Shown here: piece by piece, positions 62,111 through 64,000 of the stretch | Numbering within the stretch: the first letter of the stretch is position 1 | Layout: each line of letters starts with the position of its first letter | From: Macrostomum lignano | Taxonomy: Eukaryota | Direction of reading: 5' to 3' | Assembly (NCBI GenBank): GCA_002269645.1 | Contig: NIVC01001269.1 | Coordinates: forward strand, 62,001 to 126,000 | DNA length: 64,000 nt | Notes under the pieces: generated by a model | What the model was told of the DNA's origin: nothing | The model's database searches: none | The model's input: only the letters and a program-made list of their open reading frames with translations | Program-made: the position numbers and the translations under genes

Positions 62111-62459
62111 CAGGGTTTTTTGTGAGCAGAGTGTGCATATGCACCTTAAATTTTAAAATTGCACCCTGAAATTAAAAAAGTAGGTGCGGTTTAGGTGCAG
62201 TCTTATAACAATTTTTCTTTAAACTTAAAGGCTTAACCATGCTTAAGCTATTTTTCATGCACTGCCTTAAAATATAAAACAGACAAGAGGTCAAGGCATT
62301 CTTTGTACAAAGATGTATAGACATAAGACATGTCTAAACATTCCCAGTTGTCTGAAACAAGACTCAAAGAGAAATTGCACTCTGAGCCTTAAAATCGCAC
62401 CTTGAAATTTGGCACAAGGTGCGATTTTGCACCTTGTCTCTGGCGAAAAAAAACCCTAG
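62111..62459. mobile_element. MITE, about 350 bp, with CAGGGTTTTTT termini
   Basis: CAGGGTTTTTT ... AAAAAAACCCTAG; flanking direct repeat CATCCATG (62103-10, 62460-67); internal GCACC/GGTGC subterminal repeats. Confidence 0.65.
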
Positions 62460-63497
62460 CATCCATGACAGGAAGTTTACCCCTAGCACAATTATAATTT
62501 ATAGGTCTAATATAAAGTATAATACTAATAGGTTTTGATAAAATATATTTTATCTATAAAAAAAATAGATTATTCATTCTATATATGCATATATACTTAA
62601 GTGTAGAAATCATTTATTCTGATTTTGCAGCAATCATTATACTTTCTTATGTTAGGCCTACTTTACTAGGAGCCAGTGTATATCTAAGGTGGCCACATAC
62701 TAAGATAAAGATGGCCATAGGCGATAGGCCTAGGCCCTAGCTCTAATTGGCTTGTGAAGATTTCAACCACTCTCAATTACTATTGGCTGTTTCTAGCTCC
62801 TAGGGCCGACCTAGGGTGTAGTGTAGGCCCCTAGTAGAGAGGACCATTGCATATGTCCCTCAAGTCTTAGCTATAATTTCCTCATTTGAAACAATTTATT
62901 ACTGGTAGAGCCCGGCCTATGTCCTAGCAAATAATGTTTATCATTGCATTAGGGCTAGGCTGCCTAGGCACTATTATTTTTCTTGACCTGGCTGACCTGA
63001 TTGAGATTTTCATGTTCATATTCAACAACTAACAAATTCGGTCATTGGCAGACAGGCCGCTAGTGCTGAGATCATCACTAGCTAGGCCTAGCCGCTTTGG
63101 TCAAGCAAAATTGCCAAAACCCGCTGATTTCTTCAGATTCAAGGAGGACAACTAAGGACAAGATAAGAACAATTGTCCTCCTTCGATTTTCTTCCTGCTG
63201 ATTTACATGAAACATTTGCCTATTTAAACAACATTTGCTTCCTTAAAAGATAGAAGGATTTTAACAAAGCTGCGATTAAACAAAAAAACATAATGCAAGT
63301 AAGTTTCCTGTGTTTGTAAAATTTTAGTAGGCCTAGTGTTTTTTTGCATTGTGGTAACTTGAAAAAAATTGATTAATTTTGTATCTAGGCCGTTTTACTA
63401 AGCTCCTAGGGCTTTCATGAATATAGCTTTCATGAATGAACTAATTTCTATGCACACTCAGCCCAATAGGCAATGTATCACCATTAGCCTTTTACCT

Positions 63498-64000
63498 AGT
63501 CTGGGTGAAGTCCTGCATGTCAATTTTCAGCGACAGAGAGCAAGCAGAACAGAAGTACTCGAAATCGAATATCAATCTAATACATTGTGGAGATAGGAAC
63601 ATCAGTTTTTCTCGAATAGTTCTCGAGCATGAAGCTTTGAGTTCGGTTTGAGTTATGATAATCGCTTAGTGTCTGGGTGAAGTCCTGCATGTCAATTTTC
63701 AGCGACAGAGAGCAAGCAGAAGTACTCGAAATCGAATACCAATCTAATACATTGTGGAGATAGGAACATCAGTTTTTCTCGAATAGTTCTCGAGCATGAA
63801 GCTTTGAGTTCGGTTTGAGTTATGATAATCGCTTAGTGTCTGGGTGAAGTCCTGCATGTCAATTTTCAGCGACAGAGAGCAAGCAGAAGTACTCGAAATC
63901 GAATACCAATCTAATACATTGTGGAGATAGGAACATCAGTTTTTCTCGAATAGTTCTCGAGCATGAAGCTTTGAGTTCGATTTGAGTTATGACAATCGCT
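63498..64000. repeat. 167-bp satellite, 3 copies visible, runs off the window end
   Basis: CTGGGTGAAGTCCTGC at 63501, 63673, 63840 (periods 172 with a 5-bp insertion, then 167); near-identical units. Confidence 0.93.

Overview
Eukaryotic (animal) genomic DNA: intron-containing, GC-rich genes embedded in many short-unit tandem repeats and (TCTG)n tracts. This resembles the flatworm Macrostomum lignano (inference from sequence style only). All gene models were hand-spliced from GT/AG sites and reading-frame phase. Minus strand carries a run of co-oriented genes: GNPTG (54209-48726), neurochondrin/NCDN (48364-45132), a possible orphan ORF (43080-42631), PLPBP/PROSC (40112-38710), an orphan LDLa-like single-pass membrane protein (34340-32058), RPA3 (26130-24732) and SERAC1 (23820-11860). 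Plus strand carries the 3' end of a type-I membrane gene (1-286) and three paralogous signal peptide-EGF-EGF-Thr-rich-TM-Cys-tail genes: one intact, one frameshifted, one nested antisense in the last SERAC1 intron and followed by a 3.4-kb 22-bp satellite grown from a single-copy seed. Mobile DNA: a young capsid-less Ty3/Gypsy element with identical 204-bp LTRs inserted in a LINE relic, a Polinton/Maverick polB fossil, hAT-type and other MITEs, a maT-like Tc1/mariner and a DD34D mariner. The last ~10 kb is gene-free and looks CpG-poor and TpA-rich by eye; its mariner shows C>T changes at CpG and CpA resembling RIP. The window ends in a 167-bp satellite. Most ORF-track entries are translations of tandem repeats, not genes.
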